Source: Nitrospirota bacterium (GTDB taxonomy: Bacteria > UBA9089 > CG2-30-40-21 > SBAY01). From it: a stretch of DNA of 45,904 nt. Shown here one piece after another: positions 27,269-37,151 of the stretch. Below the pieces are notes generated by a model that saw only the letters and a list, made by a program, of their open reading frames with translations, did not search any database and was not told the DNA's origin. Each line of letters starts with the position of its first letter. Within the stretch, counting starts at the first letter, position 1. The stretch covers positions 1-45,904 of the forward strand of contig JBDRHR010000102.1 of assembly GCA_043816605.1 (NCBI GenBank), in the 5' to 3' direction. Made by a program: the position numbers and the translations under genes.

Positions 27269-27733
27269 ATGAAATTGTCTGATGTGTTGAGTTTAGATGT
27301 GATTGAAACAAATCTAAAAGCGAAAGATAAAGATGGTATTTTGGAAGAGATGGTGGGTTTGTTGTTTAAGGCAGGGAAGATTGAAGATGAGGGAAAAATC
27401 TTAGATGCTGTCCAAAAAAGAGAGGAATTAATGAGTACAGGTATTGGACATGGAGTAGCTATCCCTCATGCCAAATATGATGGAATCAAGGATTTATGTG
27501 CGGCTTTTGGTCGTTCAAAAAATGGAATAAATTTTAAATCCTTAGATAATGAACCTGTCCATTTATTTTTTATGTTACTTTCCCCGGAAGATGTTACAGG
27601 TCCTCATATAAAGGCATTAGCTAAAATATCAAGACTTCTTAAACATCATCATGTGCGTGAGCTGCTAAAATCTACCGACACCCCTGAAAAGACATTAGAA
27701 ATAATTCGTCAGGAAGAAGATAAACACCTGTAA
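27269..27733 (+). CDS. PTS IIA (Ntr/fructose type) protein
   Basis: REELMSTGIGHGVAIPHA motif; hpf-ptsN-hprK context. Confidence 0.9.
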   Translation: MKLSDVLSLDVIETNLKAKDKDGILEEMVGLLFKAGKIEDEGKILDAVQKREELMSTGIGHGVAIPHAKYDGIKDLCAAFGRSKNGINFKSLDNEPVHLFFMLLSPEDVTGPHIKALAKISRLLKHHHVRELLKSTDTPEKTLEIIRQEEDKHL

Positions 27734-27736
27734 AGG

Positions 27737-27856
27737 AAGTTATAGAGTTAAAAGTTATAAAGTTGAAAGTTGAAGATTGGAAGTTAGGGTATTACTGTCT
27801 CTCACTTATTTTTTCCTTCTTACTTTATAACTTTCAACTTTATAACTTTATAACTT
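27737..27856. repeat. AAGTT(G/A)A 7/8-mer inverted repeat element
   Basis: aagttatagagttaaaagttataaagttgaaagtt / actttataactttcaactttataactttataactt; a solo arm of the same family lies at ~25567-25600. Confidence 0.8.
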
Positions 27857-27875
27857 AAAATGGAGGTAATCCAAA

Positions 27876-28799
27876 TTGACTGTTAAAGAAATGATAGAAG
27901 ATACTAAAGTTGATTTAAAACTTGAGGTTATATCCGGTGAGGAAGGATTAAATAATGAAATTGTCGCTCATGATATTAATCGGCCGGGACTTGCCGTAGC
28001 CGGTTATGTAGAATTTTTTGGCGCTAAAAGAATTCAAGTCTTAGGCAAAGGAGAGATAACGCATCTTGGAAATTTAACTAAAGAAGAAAGACTAACGATA
28101 TTAGAAGGGATGTTTAAATACGAAATATCCTGTTTCATTGTTACCTGGGACCAAAAAATCCCGGAAGAATTAATAGAACGGACAGAAAGAAATAAAGTCC
28201 CACTTCTACGCTCATTCCTGCCAACAGGTATGGTAATGGCATTACTTACCTTTTATTTAGAGCGAATGTTTGCCCCGGAGATAAGTATTCATGGTGATTT
28301 AGTTGAGGTTCATGGAATAGGTGTTCTTATTCTGGGAGATAGTGGAATTGGTAAAAGTGAGTGTGCCTTAGAATTAGTTGAACGAGGACAACGGCTTGTA
28401 GCAGACGATGTAGTTAAAATTAGACGCGTAGGTCCTGGTCAGCTAACTGGATTTCCATCAGAGGTATTAGACCATCATATGGAAATTCGTGGTATAGGCA
28501 TCATTAACCTGAAGGAGATGTTTGGAGTAGGGTCTGTATCTCCTCTGGTGAAGATTGAATTAGCCGTAAATTTAGAAATGTGGAATCCTGAAAATGAATA
28601 TGATAGATTAGGTATAGATGAAAAAACTATAAAAATGCTTGGAGTGAATATCCCTCAAATAATTATTCCTTTACAACCAGGCAGAAATATTGCGGTAATT
28701 GTAGAGGTAGCCGCCATGAACCAGAGATTGAAAAAAATGGGCAAATTTTCTGCCAAAGATTTTGACCAGAAATTACTTAAAAAATTAGTTAAAGAATAG
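27876..28799 (+). CDS. hprK: HPr(Ser) kinase/phosphorylase
   Basis: INRPGL, GDSGIGKSE, LVADD, MEIRGIGII. Confidence 0.95.
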   Translation: MTVKEMIEDTKVDLKLEVISGEEGLNNEIVAHDINRPGLAVAGYVEFFGAKRIQVLGKGEITHLGNLTKEERLTILEGMFKYEISCFIVTWDQKIPEELIERTERNKVPLLRSFLPTGMVMALLTFYLERMFAPEISIHGDLVEVHGIGVLILGDSGIGKSECALELVERGQRLVADDVVKIRRVGPGQLTGFPSEVLDHHMEIRGIGIINLKEMFGVGSVSPLVKIELAVNLEMWNPENEYDRLGIDEKTIKMLGVNIPQIIIPLQPGRNIAVIVEVAAMNQRLKKMGKFSAKDFDQKLLKKLVKE

Positions 28800-28802
28800 G
28801 AA

Positions 28803-28836
28803 GTTGGACAAGTCAGACAGGTCTGACTTGTCCAAC
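28803..28836. repeat. Perfect 16-bp hairpin of the GACAAGTCA 9-mer family
   Basis: gttggacaagtcagac-ag-gtctgacttgtccaac. Confidence 0.85.
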
Positions 28837-28851
28837 CAAGGAAAAAGCCTT

Positions 28852-29991
28852 ATGAAAAAATTAACCATCCCTGAATTTAGCTCTCAAGACAAGGAAGAAC
28901 TAAATAAGTTTCGAAAAGAAATTGACGAAATTGACAACCAAATCCTTGAGTTGTTAAATAAACGCATAGAGATTGCAGAGCAGATAGGGAAATTTAAAAG
29001 GAAAAGAGGGATAGAGGCTTACCAGCCCGATAGAGAAAAAGAGATTTATGATAGATTATGTAAAAACAACAAAGGACTATTCCCAAATAAGGCAATCAAA
29101 GCCATTTATCGTGAAATTATGTCTGCCTCCCGTTCATGGGAAGAGGCTCTAAAGATAGCCTATTTAGGACCTGAGGCGACCTTTACTCATCAAGCCGCAC
29201 TTGAAAAATTTGGTGCATCGTGTGAATTTGTCTCTAAAAAGAGCATCTCAGAGGTTTTTGATGAAGTTGAAGCCGGCAGGGCTAATTACAGTGTAGTGCC
29301 TATTGAAAATTCATCAGAAGGGATTGTTACCCATACCCTGGATATGTTCAGTGAGTCAGAACTCAAGATATGTTCAGAAATTATATTAAAAATCTCACAT
29401 AACCTGCTTTCAAATACCCAGCTTGAGGGAATTAAACGAGTCTATTACCACCCGCAGTCTTTTGCCCAATCACGGGTCTGGCTTGAGAATAACCTGCCTA
29501 ACATAGAATATCTTGAGGTCTCAAGCACGGCTGAAGCCGCCAGAAGAGCTTCGTTGGAAAAAAACTCCGCCGCCATTGCCAGTGAATTAGCCGCCACTAT
29601 TTATAACCTGAATATAGTTATTAAAGGAATTGAGGCAGGGAAAGAAAATTATACCCGGTTTTTGGTTATAGGCAGGGAGATTTCTGCCCCAACAGATAAT
29701 GACAAAACCTCTGTTTTATTCTCCATAAAAGATAGGGTCGGTGCCCTTCAGGATATGTTAATTCCATTCGCACACCACGGGATTAACCTGACCAAAATTG
29801 AATCTCGTCCCTCCCGAAAACAACCATGGGAATATATCTTTTTCTTAGACCTTGAGGGACATGCCAAAGACGAAAATGTCCAACAAGCTTTAACTGAATT
29901 AGAAGACCTCTGCCTGCATCTAAAACTTTTGGGTTCTTATCCTGTATCGGACAAGTCAGACAGGTCAAACTCAGAGGAAAAATATGGCTAA
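28852..29991 (+). CDS. pheA: Chorismate mutase / prephenate dehydratase
   Basis: Chorismate mutase domain, YLGPEATFTH, NYTRF, LTKIESRP ACT domain; ATG at 28852. Confidence 0.95.
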   Translation: MKKLTIPEFSSQDKEELNKFRKEIDEIDNQILELLNKRIEIAEQIGKFKRKRGIEAYQPDREKEIYDRLCKNNKGLFPNKAIKAIYREIMSASRSWEEALKIAYLGPEATFTHQAALEKFGASCEFVSKKSISEVFDEVEAGRANYSVVPIENSSEGIVTHTLDMFSESELKICSEIILKISHNLLSNTQLEGIKRVYYHPQSFAQSRVWLENNLPNIEYLEVSSTAEAARRASLEKNSAAIASELAATIYNLNIVIKGIEAGKENYTRFLVIGREISAPTDNDKTSVLFSIKDRVGALQDMLIPFAHHGINLTKIESRPSRKQPWEYIFFLDLEGHAKDENVQQALTELEDLCLHLKLLGSYPVSDKSDRSNSEEKYG

Positions 29992-31009
29992 TTGGTTAAA
30001 TTTAGTATTCTTATTTTTTCTATTAGCCTTTTCTGCCTTTAATTTTGCTGCAGAAATATCTATTATTGCCTTAGGCAAAATAAAATTGAAGGCTTTAGTC
30101 GAAAAAGGGCAAGTCAAGGCAAAAATTATCAGCAAGGTATTCGCTCATCCGGAACGGCTCTTTGGAACTATCTTAATCGTCAATAACCTTGTAACCATCT
30201 TAGCCGGCTCAATTGGGACTATTCTTGCCTTAAATCTATTTGGGGATATAGCGGTAATTCCGGCAACCATTATCGTTACCCTTCTTATCACGATGGGCGA
30301 TGTGATAGCAAAAACCTACGCTGCCAGAAACCCGAAACAGGTCTCTTTTTTAACCATTCGTCCCTTACAAATTATTATGTTTATTTTCTACCCATTGGTG
30401 AAATTCTTTGCCGTGGTTACAAATTTTATTATAAGAATTATGGGTGGTGGAAAGGATTTGTCCCCCTTTGTCAGCAAGGAAGAATTACGGATGCTGATTA
30501 AAATTGGGCATGAAGAGGGGGTATTAGAAGAAAAAGAAAGAGAAATGTTACATCGTATCTTTGAATTCAGTCAGAAGAAGGCAAAAGAAATTATGGTTAA
30601 GGCAGACAAGATGGTAGCATGTGATTTAGATTCACCGATAGAGGAGATTCTGGATAGGATAATTGACTCGGGACATAGACGGATACCTGTTTTTAAAAAT
30701 AATGTTCACAACATTATCGGCATAGCCTATACCAAAGACCTGTTAGTTATGGCCAGAAATGTGGAATTATTGATATTAGAGGATTGTCTGACCAAACCAC
30801 ACTTTATCGCAGAGGATATGCGGGTGATTGACCTGTTAAGTGAATTTCAAAAAAGCAAGGTGCATCTGGCTATTGTTCGAGATGGAAATGATAAGGTAGT
30901 GGGATTAGTGGCTATTGATGACCTATTTGCAGAAATCGTAGGGGAGATTATCCCGGAGCACCAGGATAGTAGAATTATCAATTATCAATTAATAATTAAT
31001 AATTGTTAA
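29984..31009 (+). CDS. CNNM/DUF21 + CBS (hemolysin/CorC-like) protein
   Basis: DUF21 TM region, tandem CBS domains, AEIVGEI. Confidence 0.88.
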   Translation: MANWLNLVFLFFLLAFSAFNFAAEISIIALGKIKLKALVEKGQVKAKIISKVFAHPERLFGTILIVNNLVTILAGSIGTILALNLFGDIAVIPATIIVTLLITMGDVIAKTYAARNPKQVSFLTIRPLQIIMFIFYPLVKFFAVVTNFIIRIMGGGKDLSPFVSKEELRMLIKIGHEEGVLEEKEREMLHRIFEFSQKKAKEIMVKADKMVACDLDSPIEEILDRIIDSGHRRIPVFKNNVHNIIGIAYTKDLLVMARNVELLILEDCLTKPHFIAEDMRVIDLLSEFQKSKVHLAIVRDGNDKVVGLVAIDDLFAEIVGEIIPEHQDSRIINYQLIINNC

Positions 31010-31051
31010 TTCTATTCAGGCATTTATCCGCCTACAAGAAGGAAAAAAGAA

Positions 31052-33253
31052 ATGCGATTATTTATTGTTTCCAATAGATTACCTTTTACGGTTACCGAAA
31101 AAGAAGGCAAGATAGGATTTGAAAGGAGTGCGGGCGGACTGATTGCCGGCATCAGTGATTATCTTAATTCGCTTAAGGATTCCTCATTTACAAAGATTGA
31201 ATACATCTGGACCGGCTGGCCCGGCATTGCCATTGGTAAAAACCTCCAGGATGAGGTTAAACAAAGATGCCTTGCTAAATTTTCAGCCTACCCTGTCTTT
31301 ATCCCCAGCAAAAATATGGAGAATTTCTATCATGGATTTTGCAATAAAACCCTCTGGCCGCTCTTCCATTGTTTCCCAGCCTATACTGTTTACGACGAAG
31401 ATTTCTGGGATTCTTACCGGCAAACAAATGAAGAATTTCTGAACACGATTGTTAATATCTTAGAACCAGATGATATCTTATGGATTCATGACTATCATCT
31501 TATGCTCCTGCCCAAACTTCTAAGAGAAAGGATGCCAGAGGTCTCAATAGGATTTTTTCTTCATATACCCTTTCCACCTTACGATATATTTCGGCTTTTA
31601 CCCAATACCTGGCGACTAAAAATATTAGAAGGACTTTTAGGGGCAGACTTAAGTGGCTTTCATACCATAGAATATACCCAGAATTTTCTAAGATGTGTCT
31701 TGCGACTTTTGGGATATGACAACAATATTGGTGAAATAAACATCGGTGAGAGAATACTGAAGGCAGATACCTTTCCTATGGGTATAAATTTTGAGAAGTT
31801 TTTTGCTGCCCAGGATAACATCCAGATTCAGAAAGAAATAAAAGACCTTCAGGAACATTTTGGAGGGAAAAAGATTATCCTTTCGGTTGACCGCCTTGAT
31901 TACACAAAGGGTATCTTGAATCGGCTTGAGGGATATGAATTGTTCTTAGAGAAAAACCTTAACTGGCATAAAAAGGTAGCTATGCTTTTGATTGTTGTTC
32001 CATCTCGAATAGGTGTTGAAAGTTATGCCAAAACAAAGAATAAGATTGATGAAATCGTTGGAAAGATAAATGGAAGGTTTGGAAGTATTGACTGGACGCC
32101 AATACAATATCAATATAAAAATCTACCCTTTGAGCAATTGACGGCTTTGTATGGCTTAAGTGATATTGCCTTGATTACACCGTTGCGGGATGGGATGAAT
32201 CTCATCGCCAAGGAATATGTGTCCACAAAAAGGGATAAAAAGGGTGTCCTGATTTTGAGTGAAATGGCTGGTGCGGCAAAAGAACTGGCCGAGGCAATTA
32301 TTATCAACCCAAACCACAAGGGAGAAATAGCCAGGGCATTGGAAGAGGCAGTAGAGATGTCCGCTCAGGAACAAATAAGACGAAATGAGATAATGCAAAA
32401 GAGATTGAGTGATTATAATGTTATCCGTTGGGCAGGCGACTTTATTCAGGAATTGAGGGATGTGGTTGAACAAAGAAAAAGATTCGAGACTAAGTTATTA
32501 TCTTTTTCAGAAGAGGAAGAATTGCTCAGGGATTTCAAGAAGGCTCAATCAAGGATTATCTTTCTTGATTATGACGGAACATTAGTAGAGTTTGCCAGGG
32601 ACCCACAAGAGACAAAACCGGATGAAGAAATTATAAGACTACTTAAACTTATTGATGAATATCCTCAAACAAAGGTTATTCTTACCAGTGGACGCGATAG
32701 AGAGACACTTACCAACTGGTTTGGGAGATTGAATATCGGCTTGATAGCCGAACATGGGGTCTGGATAAAAGAAAAAGATTTAGACTGGCAATTAATAAAA
32801 CCACTGAGCAATGACTGGAAGCCGAGGCTGTTATCGTTGTGTAGGGTGTATGTGGATAGATTACCAGGTTCATTTATCGAAGAAAAGGAATTCTCTCTTG
32901 TCTGGCATTATCGGGGAGCAGACCCGGAACTTGGCTTCTTAAGAGCAAAAGAATTTACGGATGATTTGATAGCCTTAACCGCAAATATTGGACTGCAGAT
33001 ATTACAGGGGAATAAGGTTGTGGAAATAAGAAATTCAGGGGTAAATAAAGGTGCGGCGGCATCATATCTTCTTGCCAAGGATAAATATGATTTTGTTTTA
33101 GCCATTGGTGATGACTGGACAGACGAAGACCTTTTTAAGATTCTGCCACAGGAGGCGTATTCCATTAAGGTCGGAATTGGTTCATCATATGCCAGATATA
33201 ATCTGATGAATCATGAAAAGGTTTTGAGATTTCTTAAGGAGATGGTTGAATGA
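31052..33253 (+). CDS. Bifunctional trehalose-6-phosphate synthase/phosphatase
   Basis: VSNRLP, WIHDYHL, VDRLDYTKG, RDGMNL; HAD motifs FLDYDGT and GDDWTDED. Confidence 0.95.
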   Translation: MRLFIVSNRLPFTVTEKEGKIGFERSAGGLIAGISDYLNSLKDSSFTKIEYIWTGWPGIAIGKNLQDEVKQRCLAKFSAYPVFIPSKNMENFYHGFCNKTLWPLFHCFPAYTVYDEDFWDSYRQTNEEFLNTIVNILEPDDILWIHDYHLMLLPKLLRERMPEVSIGFFLHIPFPPYDIFRLLPNTWRLKILEGLLGADLSGFHTIEYTQNFLRCVLRLLGYDNNIGEINIGERILKADTFPMGINFEKFFAAQDNIQIQKEIKDLQEHFGGKKIILSVDRLDYTKGILNRLEGYELFLEKNLNWHKKVAMLLIVVPSRIGVESYAKTKNKIDEIVGKINGRFGSIDWTPIQYQYKNLPFEQLTALYGLSDIALITPLRDGMNLIAKEYVSTKRDKKGVLILSEMAGAAKELAEAIIINPNHKGEIARALEEAVEMSAQEQIRRNEIMQKRLSDYNVIRWAGDFIQELRDVVEQRKRFETKLLSFSEEEELLRDFKKAQSRIIFLDYDGTLVEFARDPQETKPDEEIIRLLKLIDEYPQTKVILTSGRDRETLTNWFGRLNIGLIAEHGVWIKEKDLDWQLIKPLSNDWKPRLLSLCRVYVDRLPGSFIEEKEFSLVWHYRGADPELGFLRAKEFTDDLIALTANIGLQILQGNKVVEIRNSGVNKGAAASYLLAKDKYDFVLAIGDDWTDEDLFKILPQEAYSIKVGIGSSYARYNLMNHEKVLRFLKEMVE

Positions 33254-33894
33254 ATTCTTCATTTTATTTTTGGACACGGTTGCATCTGGTAAAATTACTG
33301 GGACTGAAGGCAAAAAATCCAATTGAATTATTAGAAGTAATAAAAAAGGTTCCGGCCTCTTCTATTTACTATCATACCCATCGTTTTCTTCAACAGCATC
33401 ATTATCTCTCCCCTGAGCCGCCAAATGATTTTGCCTATTGGCTGACCAATATCCTTAATTTAGATAAATTAGGTGAGAGAATTGCCAGTGTCAATATAAT
33501 TGATTTTAAGAAAATGAATGATTTACGCTCAGCCTTTATAAGAATTTTAACCGACTATTTAGCTGAAGAGAAGCGGATGATTGATTGTCCAGAGGGTGAG
33601 GAATTTCATTTTACAGGTTGTACAACCGTTATTTTACCTACACCTTATGTTGCCTCCAATTTAGCCGAATTTGTGAAAATGCTGGAAAAAATAAGCATCA
33701 ACTCACTCTATTTTCATATATTTGAAGCACCTATGCGTCTGGAAAAAGGAGAAAACGATTTTTCTGCCTGGTTTAGAGGTATCGGAGAAGAAGAACTGGC
33801 ACAAAAAATCTCTATCCTTGACCCTTATACAATAACACTGGAAGGGTTGCGACAAAAAATTATTCAGGTGGTGAAACAGTATGGTAAATGTTAA
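33250..33894 (+). CDS. DUF5752-family protein
   Basis: Duplicated S(I/L)Y(Y/F)H...NDF..W motifs; adjacent to a TreT-like gene. Confidence 0.75.
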   Translation: MNSSFYFWTRLHLVKLLGLKAKNPIELLEVIKKVPASSIYYHTHRFLQQHHYLSPEPPNDFAYWLTNILNLDKLGERIASVNIIDFKKMNDLRSAFIRILTDYLAEEKRMIDCPEGEEFHFTGCTTVILPTPYVASNLAEFVKMLEKISINSLYFHIFEAPMRLEKGENDFSAWFRGIGEEELAQKISILDPYTITLEGLRQKIIQVVKQYGKC

Positions 33895-35101
33895 TGATTA
33901 CACAGCGATTGTTGGACAGGGTATAATCGATGAATTATTTCTTTTAGCCCAAAAATTGCAGGGAAAAATCATTCAGAATATTAATTCTACAGCCGTAGGA
34001 GGTGGGGTAGCCGAAATCCTTATCCGCATGATTCCACTTTTGAGACAACTCGGTGTTGACACAAGATGGGATGTAATTAAGGGTAATGAAAGGTTTTTTT
34101 GTATCACTAAAAAGATACATAATGCCTTACACGGGGTAAATGTTGAGCTTAGCCCTGAAGATTTAGGGTATTTTCTTGAGACTAACCGCGATAATGCCCA
34201 AGAACTGGATTTTTATGGCGATATATTGTTTATTCATGACTCTCAGCCGATTGCTCTGGTAGAAAAGAAAAAGGAGATTGGCCAAAAATGGGTCTGGAGA
34301 TGTCATGTTGATTTTACTACGCCCAAACAGGATATTATGAATTTCTTGAGATCATACATTGACAGATATGATGCCGCTGTCTTTTCTGCCCCGGCATTTG
34401 CCATGGATATTAATTTACCCCAGGTGCTTATTTCACCCTCGATTGACCCATTAAGCGATAAAAATAAAGAATTGCCATCAGAAACGATTAATTCGATTCT
34501 AAAAAGGTTTGGCATTGACCCAGATCGTCCGATTATCACCCAGATTTCACGGTTTGATTATCTGAAAGACCCTGTGGGTGTAATCAAGGCATACAAAATG
34601 TGCAAAAAATATATTGATTGCCAGCTTGTCCTTGCGGGTGGCGGGGCTACGGATGACCCGGAAGGACTGATAGTTTTAAAAGAGGTAAAATCAGCCGCCG
34701 ATGATGACCCGGACATACATGTTCTCCTGCTTCCACCAGCCAGCGATATAGAAATCAATGCCTTGCAAAGGGCATCAACCGTAATTTTACAAAAATCATT
34801 AAAAGAAGGTTTTGGTTTGACTGTGGCTGAGGCATTATGGAAGGCAAAGCCGGTTATTGCCGGGGCTGTAGGCGGAATTCCGCTCCAGATAACACATAAA
34901 TATTCAGGTATCCTTACTCATTCAATTGAAGGAACGGCCTATTACTTGAAACAACTAATCAATGAACCGGGGTATGCAAAAAAGCTTGGAGAAAATGGCC
35001 GGGAACATATCAAGAATAATTTTCTTATCACCCGCCATCTTCGGGATTATCTACTTCTTTTTCTTTCCTTGTATTATGAGGGTGATATTATTTATCTCTG
35101 A
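33881..35101 (+). CDS. treT: TreT-like trehalose glycosyltransferase (GT4)
   Basis: NSTAVGGGVAEIL, WRCH, SRFDYLKDP, EGFGLTVAEALWK. Confidence 0.85.
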   Translation: MVNVNDYTAIVGQGIIDELFLLAQKLQGKIIQNINSTAVGGGVAEILIRMIPLLRQLGVDTRWDVIKGNERFFCITKKIHNALHGVNVELSPEDLGYFLETNRDNAQELDFYGDILFIHDSQPIALVEKKKEIGQKWVWRCHVDFTTPKQDIMNFLRSYIDRYDAAVFSAPAFAMDINLPQVLISPSIDPLSDKNKELPSETINSILKRFGIDPDRPIITQISRFDYLKDPVGVIKAYKMCKKYIDCQLVLAGGGATDDPEGLIVLKEVKSAADDDPDIHVLLLPPASDIEINALQRASTVILQKSLKEGFGLTVAEALWKAKPVIAGAVGGIPLQITHKYSGILTHSIEGTAYYLKQLINEPGYAKKLGENGREHIKNNFLITRHLRDYLLLFLSLYYEGDIIYL

Positions 35102-35181
35102 GGTGAAGGGAATAGGGAAGAAGCAAGGGAAGAAAGACTTCCTTGCTATCTTCAGTTTTCCACCCCAGTCCAATTTTTCAT

Positions 35182-35211
35182 TTGACATTTTTGCCTGTTT
35201 TAGGGTATAAT
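35182..35211 (+). promoter_or_regulatory. sigma70-type promoter
   Basis: TTGACA, 18 nt, TATAAT. Confidence 0.7.
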
Positions 35212-35237
35212 GTTTGTAGCCTAAGGAGATTGATAAA

Positions 35238-36269
35238 ATGATTACAGGATTGATAATAATTCTTATTTTTGTACTTGTCTTGCCTTTCGTACTAAAAAAG
35301 GTAGAAGAGGAACTTGAGGTTTTTCTATTTGTCATGGGATTAATTGCCGTAAGTATAACTTATCAGTGGAGTGGGCACATTGTTAAAGAATGTTTAACAG
35401 AACCAATAAAAATAACGGTAGCCGTTTTTTTAGCCGGTATATTATTCAGGCTAATCCAAAAGCCTCTTGGTCAAAATTTAAATCTGATTGTTGAAAAGTT
35501 GGGATTAAAACTTTTTGTGTTTTTACTTGTGATTGTTTTAGGCATGCTTTCAAGCATCATTACCGCCATAATAGCTGCCTTAATATTAGCGGAAGTTATT
35601 ACTAACTTAAAATTAGATAAAAAGACAGAAATAAAAATTGTTGTTCTGACTTGTTTCTCCATAGGATTAGGTGCCGCCTTAACCCCTATTGGTGAACCAC
35701 TTTCAACCATAGCCATTGCAAAATTAAAAGGAGAACCATATTTTGCCGACTTTTGGTTTTTATTTAAACTTCTTGGGATTTATCTAATACCTGGAATAAT
35801 TATGGTTGGACTTATAGCCACAAAACTTGTAGGAAAAAGTCAAGGTGCAGAATATGGGCTTAAAGAAGAGAGATTGGAAAATTTTAAGGATATAATTACG
35901 AGAACCTTGAAGGTATATTTATTCATCATAGCATTAATTCTTCTCGGGACTGGTTTTAAGCCTTTAATTGAGATGTATATTTTAAAAATTCCTCCTTATG
36001 CCTTATACTGGGTTAATATTTTATATGCTGTCTTAGATAATGCCACTTTAACTGCGGCAGAAATTGGACCTGTTTTAAGTTTAATTCAAATTAAATATGC
36101 ACTTTTAGCCGCAATCATATCAGGTGGAATCTTAATACCCGGCAATATTCCAAATATTATCTCAGCCAATAAATTAAAAATAAAAAGTAAAGAATGGGCA
36201 AAAATAGGAATACCACTTGGACTTACATTAATGATAATTTACTTTATTCTATTAACTTTTGTTCAATAA
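35238..36269 (+). CDS. DUF1646-family membrane protein (ion transporter superfamily-like)
   Basis: GAALTPIGEPLSTI, LDNATLTAAEI, LIPGNIPNII. Confidence 0.8.
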   Translation: MITGLIIILIFVLVLPFVLKKVEEELEVFLFVMGLIAVSITYQWSGHIVKECLTEPIKITVAVFLAGILFRLIQKPLGQNLNLIVEKLGLKLFVFLLVIVLGMLSSIITAIIAALILAEVITNLKLDKKTEIKIVVLTCFSIGLGAALTPIGEPLSTIAIAKLKGEPYFADFWFLFKLLGIYLIPGIIMVGLIATKLVGKSQGAEYGLKEERLENFKDIITRTLKVYLFIIALILLGTGFKPLIEMYILKIPPYALYWVNILYAVLDNATLTAAEIGPVLSLIQIKYALLAAIISGGILIPGNIPNIISANKLKIKSKEWAKIGIPLGLTLMIIYFILLTFVQ

Positions 36270-36281
36270 GTAGGGACCACA

Positions 36282-36599
36282 ATGGGAAACAGAAGTATAA
36301 CTCAAAGAGAGAATGAAATATTAAACAAGACCATTGATATTCTTAAAAAATATCTTGAGCCGCACTTAGTTATTCTATTTGGCTCAAGGGCAAAACAAAA
36401 ATATCCTGCACATTCTGATTTTGACATGGCAATTGACAGGGAAAAGGTTGATATAAGGTTGGAAAGAAGGATAAGGGAAGAGATTGAGGAGGTATCAGGA
36501 CTTTATAAGGTTGATATTGTATTTTTGAACGCAGTGGATAAGTCCTTCAAAGATATAATCTTAAAAACAGGGAGAGTGGTTTATGGAAGAAAAGGTTAA
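36282..36599 (+). CDS. Minimal nucleotidyltransferase (MntA-like antitoxin)
   Basis: LFGSRA...SDFD (GSx10DxD), KVDIV. Confidence 0.88.
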   Translation: MGNRSITQRENEILNKTIDILKKYLEPHLVILFGSRAKQKYPAHSDFDMAIDREKVDIRLERRIREEIEEVSGLYKVDIVFLNAVDKSFKDIILKTGRVVYGRKG

Positions 36600-36984
36600 A
36601 TATGCCGTTGAAAAATTCACAAACGGTTTTAAAAGATTAAAAGAAGCTATACAAGAAGCTAAAGATGACCTTGATAAAGATGGAGCAATCCAAAGATTTG
36701 AATTCACATTTGAGTTATTATGGAAGGCATTAAAGATATTCCTTGAATATCAAGGGATTGTGGTGAATACACCAAGAGAAAGCTTAAAAGAGGCTTTCAG
36801 AATTAATTTACTTGGCGACGAGGAAGTATTCTTGCAGATGCTTGAAGATAGAAACAAGACATCCCATATTTATGATGAAGAAACCTCTGAAGAGATATTT
36901 GAGAGAATTAAAACTGCCTATATTCAATCTATAGAAAAGGTTTTAGCTAATCTACGGGCAAAGGTAGAATTAGAAATTAAGTAA
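36583..36984 (+). CDS. HEPN protein, HI0074 family (HepT-like toxin)
   Basis: IQRFEFTFELLWK, RNKTSH (Rx4H). Confidence 0.88.
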   Translation: MEEKVKYAVEKFTNGFKRLKEAIQEAKDDLDKDGAIQRFEFTFELLWKALKIFLEYQGIVVNTPRESLKEAFRINLLGDEEVFLQMLEDRNKTSHIYDEETSEEIFERIKTAYIQSIEKVLANLRAKVELEIK

Positions 36985-36988
36985 TAGT

Positions 36989-37112
36989 TCACCACAGAGA
37001 CACGGAGGCACAGAGAATGATTTTGGAAGAAGCACTTACAGAACAGATAATTGGGACAGCAATAGAAGTTCATAATCTGATTTTTTCCCGTGTCTCCGTG
37101 TCTCTGTGGTGA
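36989..37112. mobile_element. 9-mer-period inverted repeat element enclosing a GxxExxY gene fragment
   Basis: Perfect 19-bp arms tcaccacagagacacggag (36989-37007) / ctccgtgtctctgtggtga (37094-37112). Confidence 0.8.
37017..37079 (+). pseudogene. N-terminal fragment of a GxxExxY (PD-(D/E)xK-like) protein
   Basis: MILEEALTEQIIGTAIEVHNL matches the GxxExxY N-terminus LT.QIIG.AIEVH..LG; the rest is missing. Confidence 0.75.
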
Positions 37113-37151
37113 GATGAACTATTACGAAATTAATAATTTGGAGGTAGCGAA

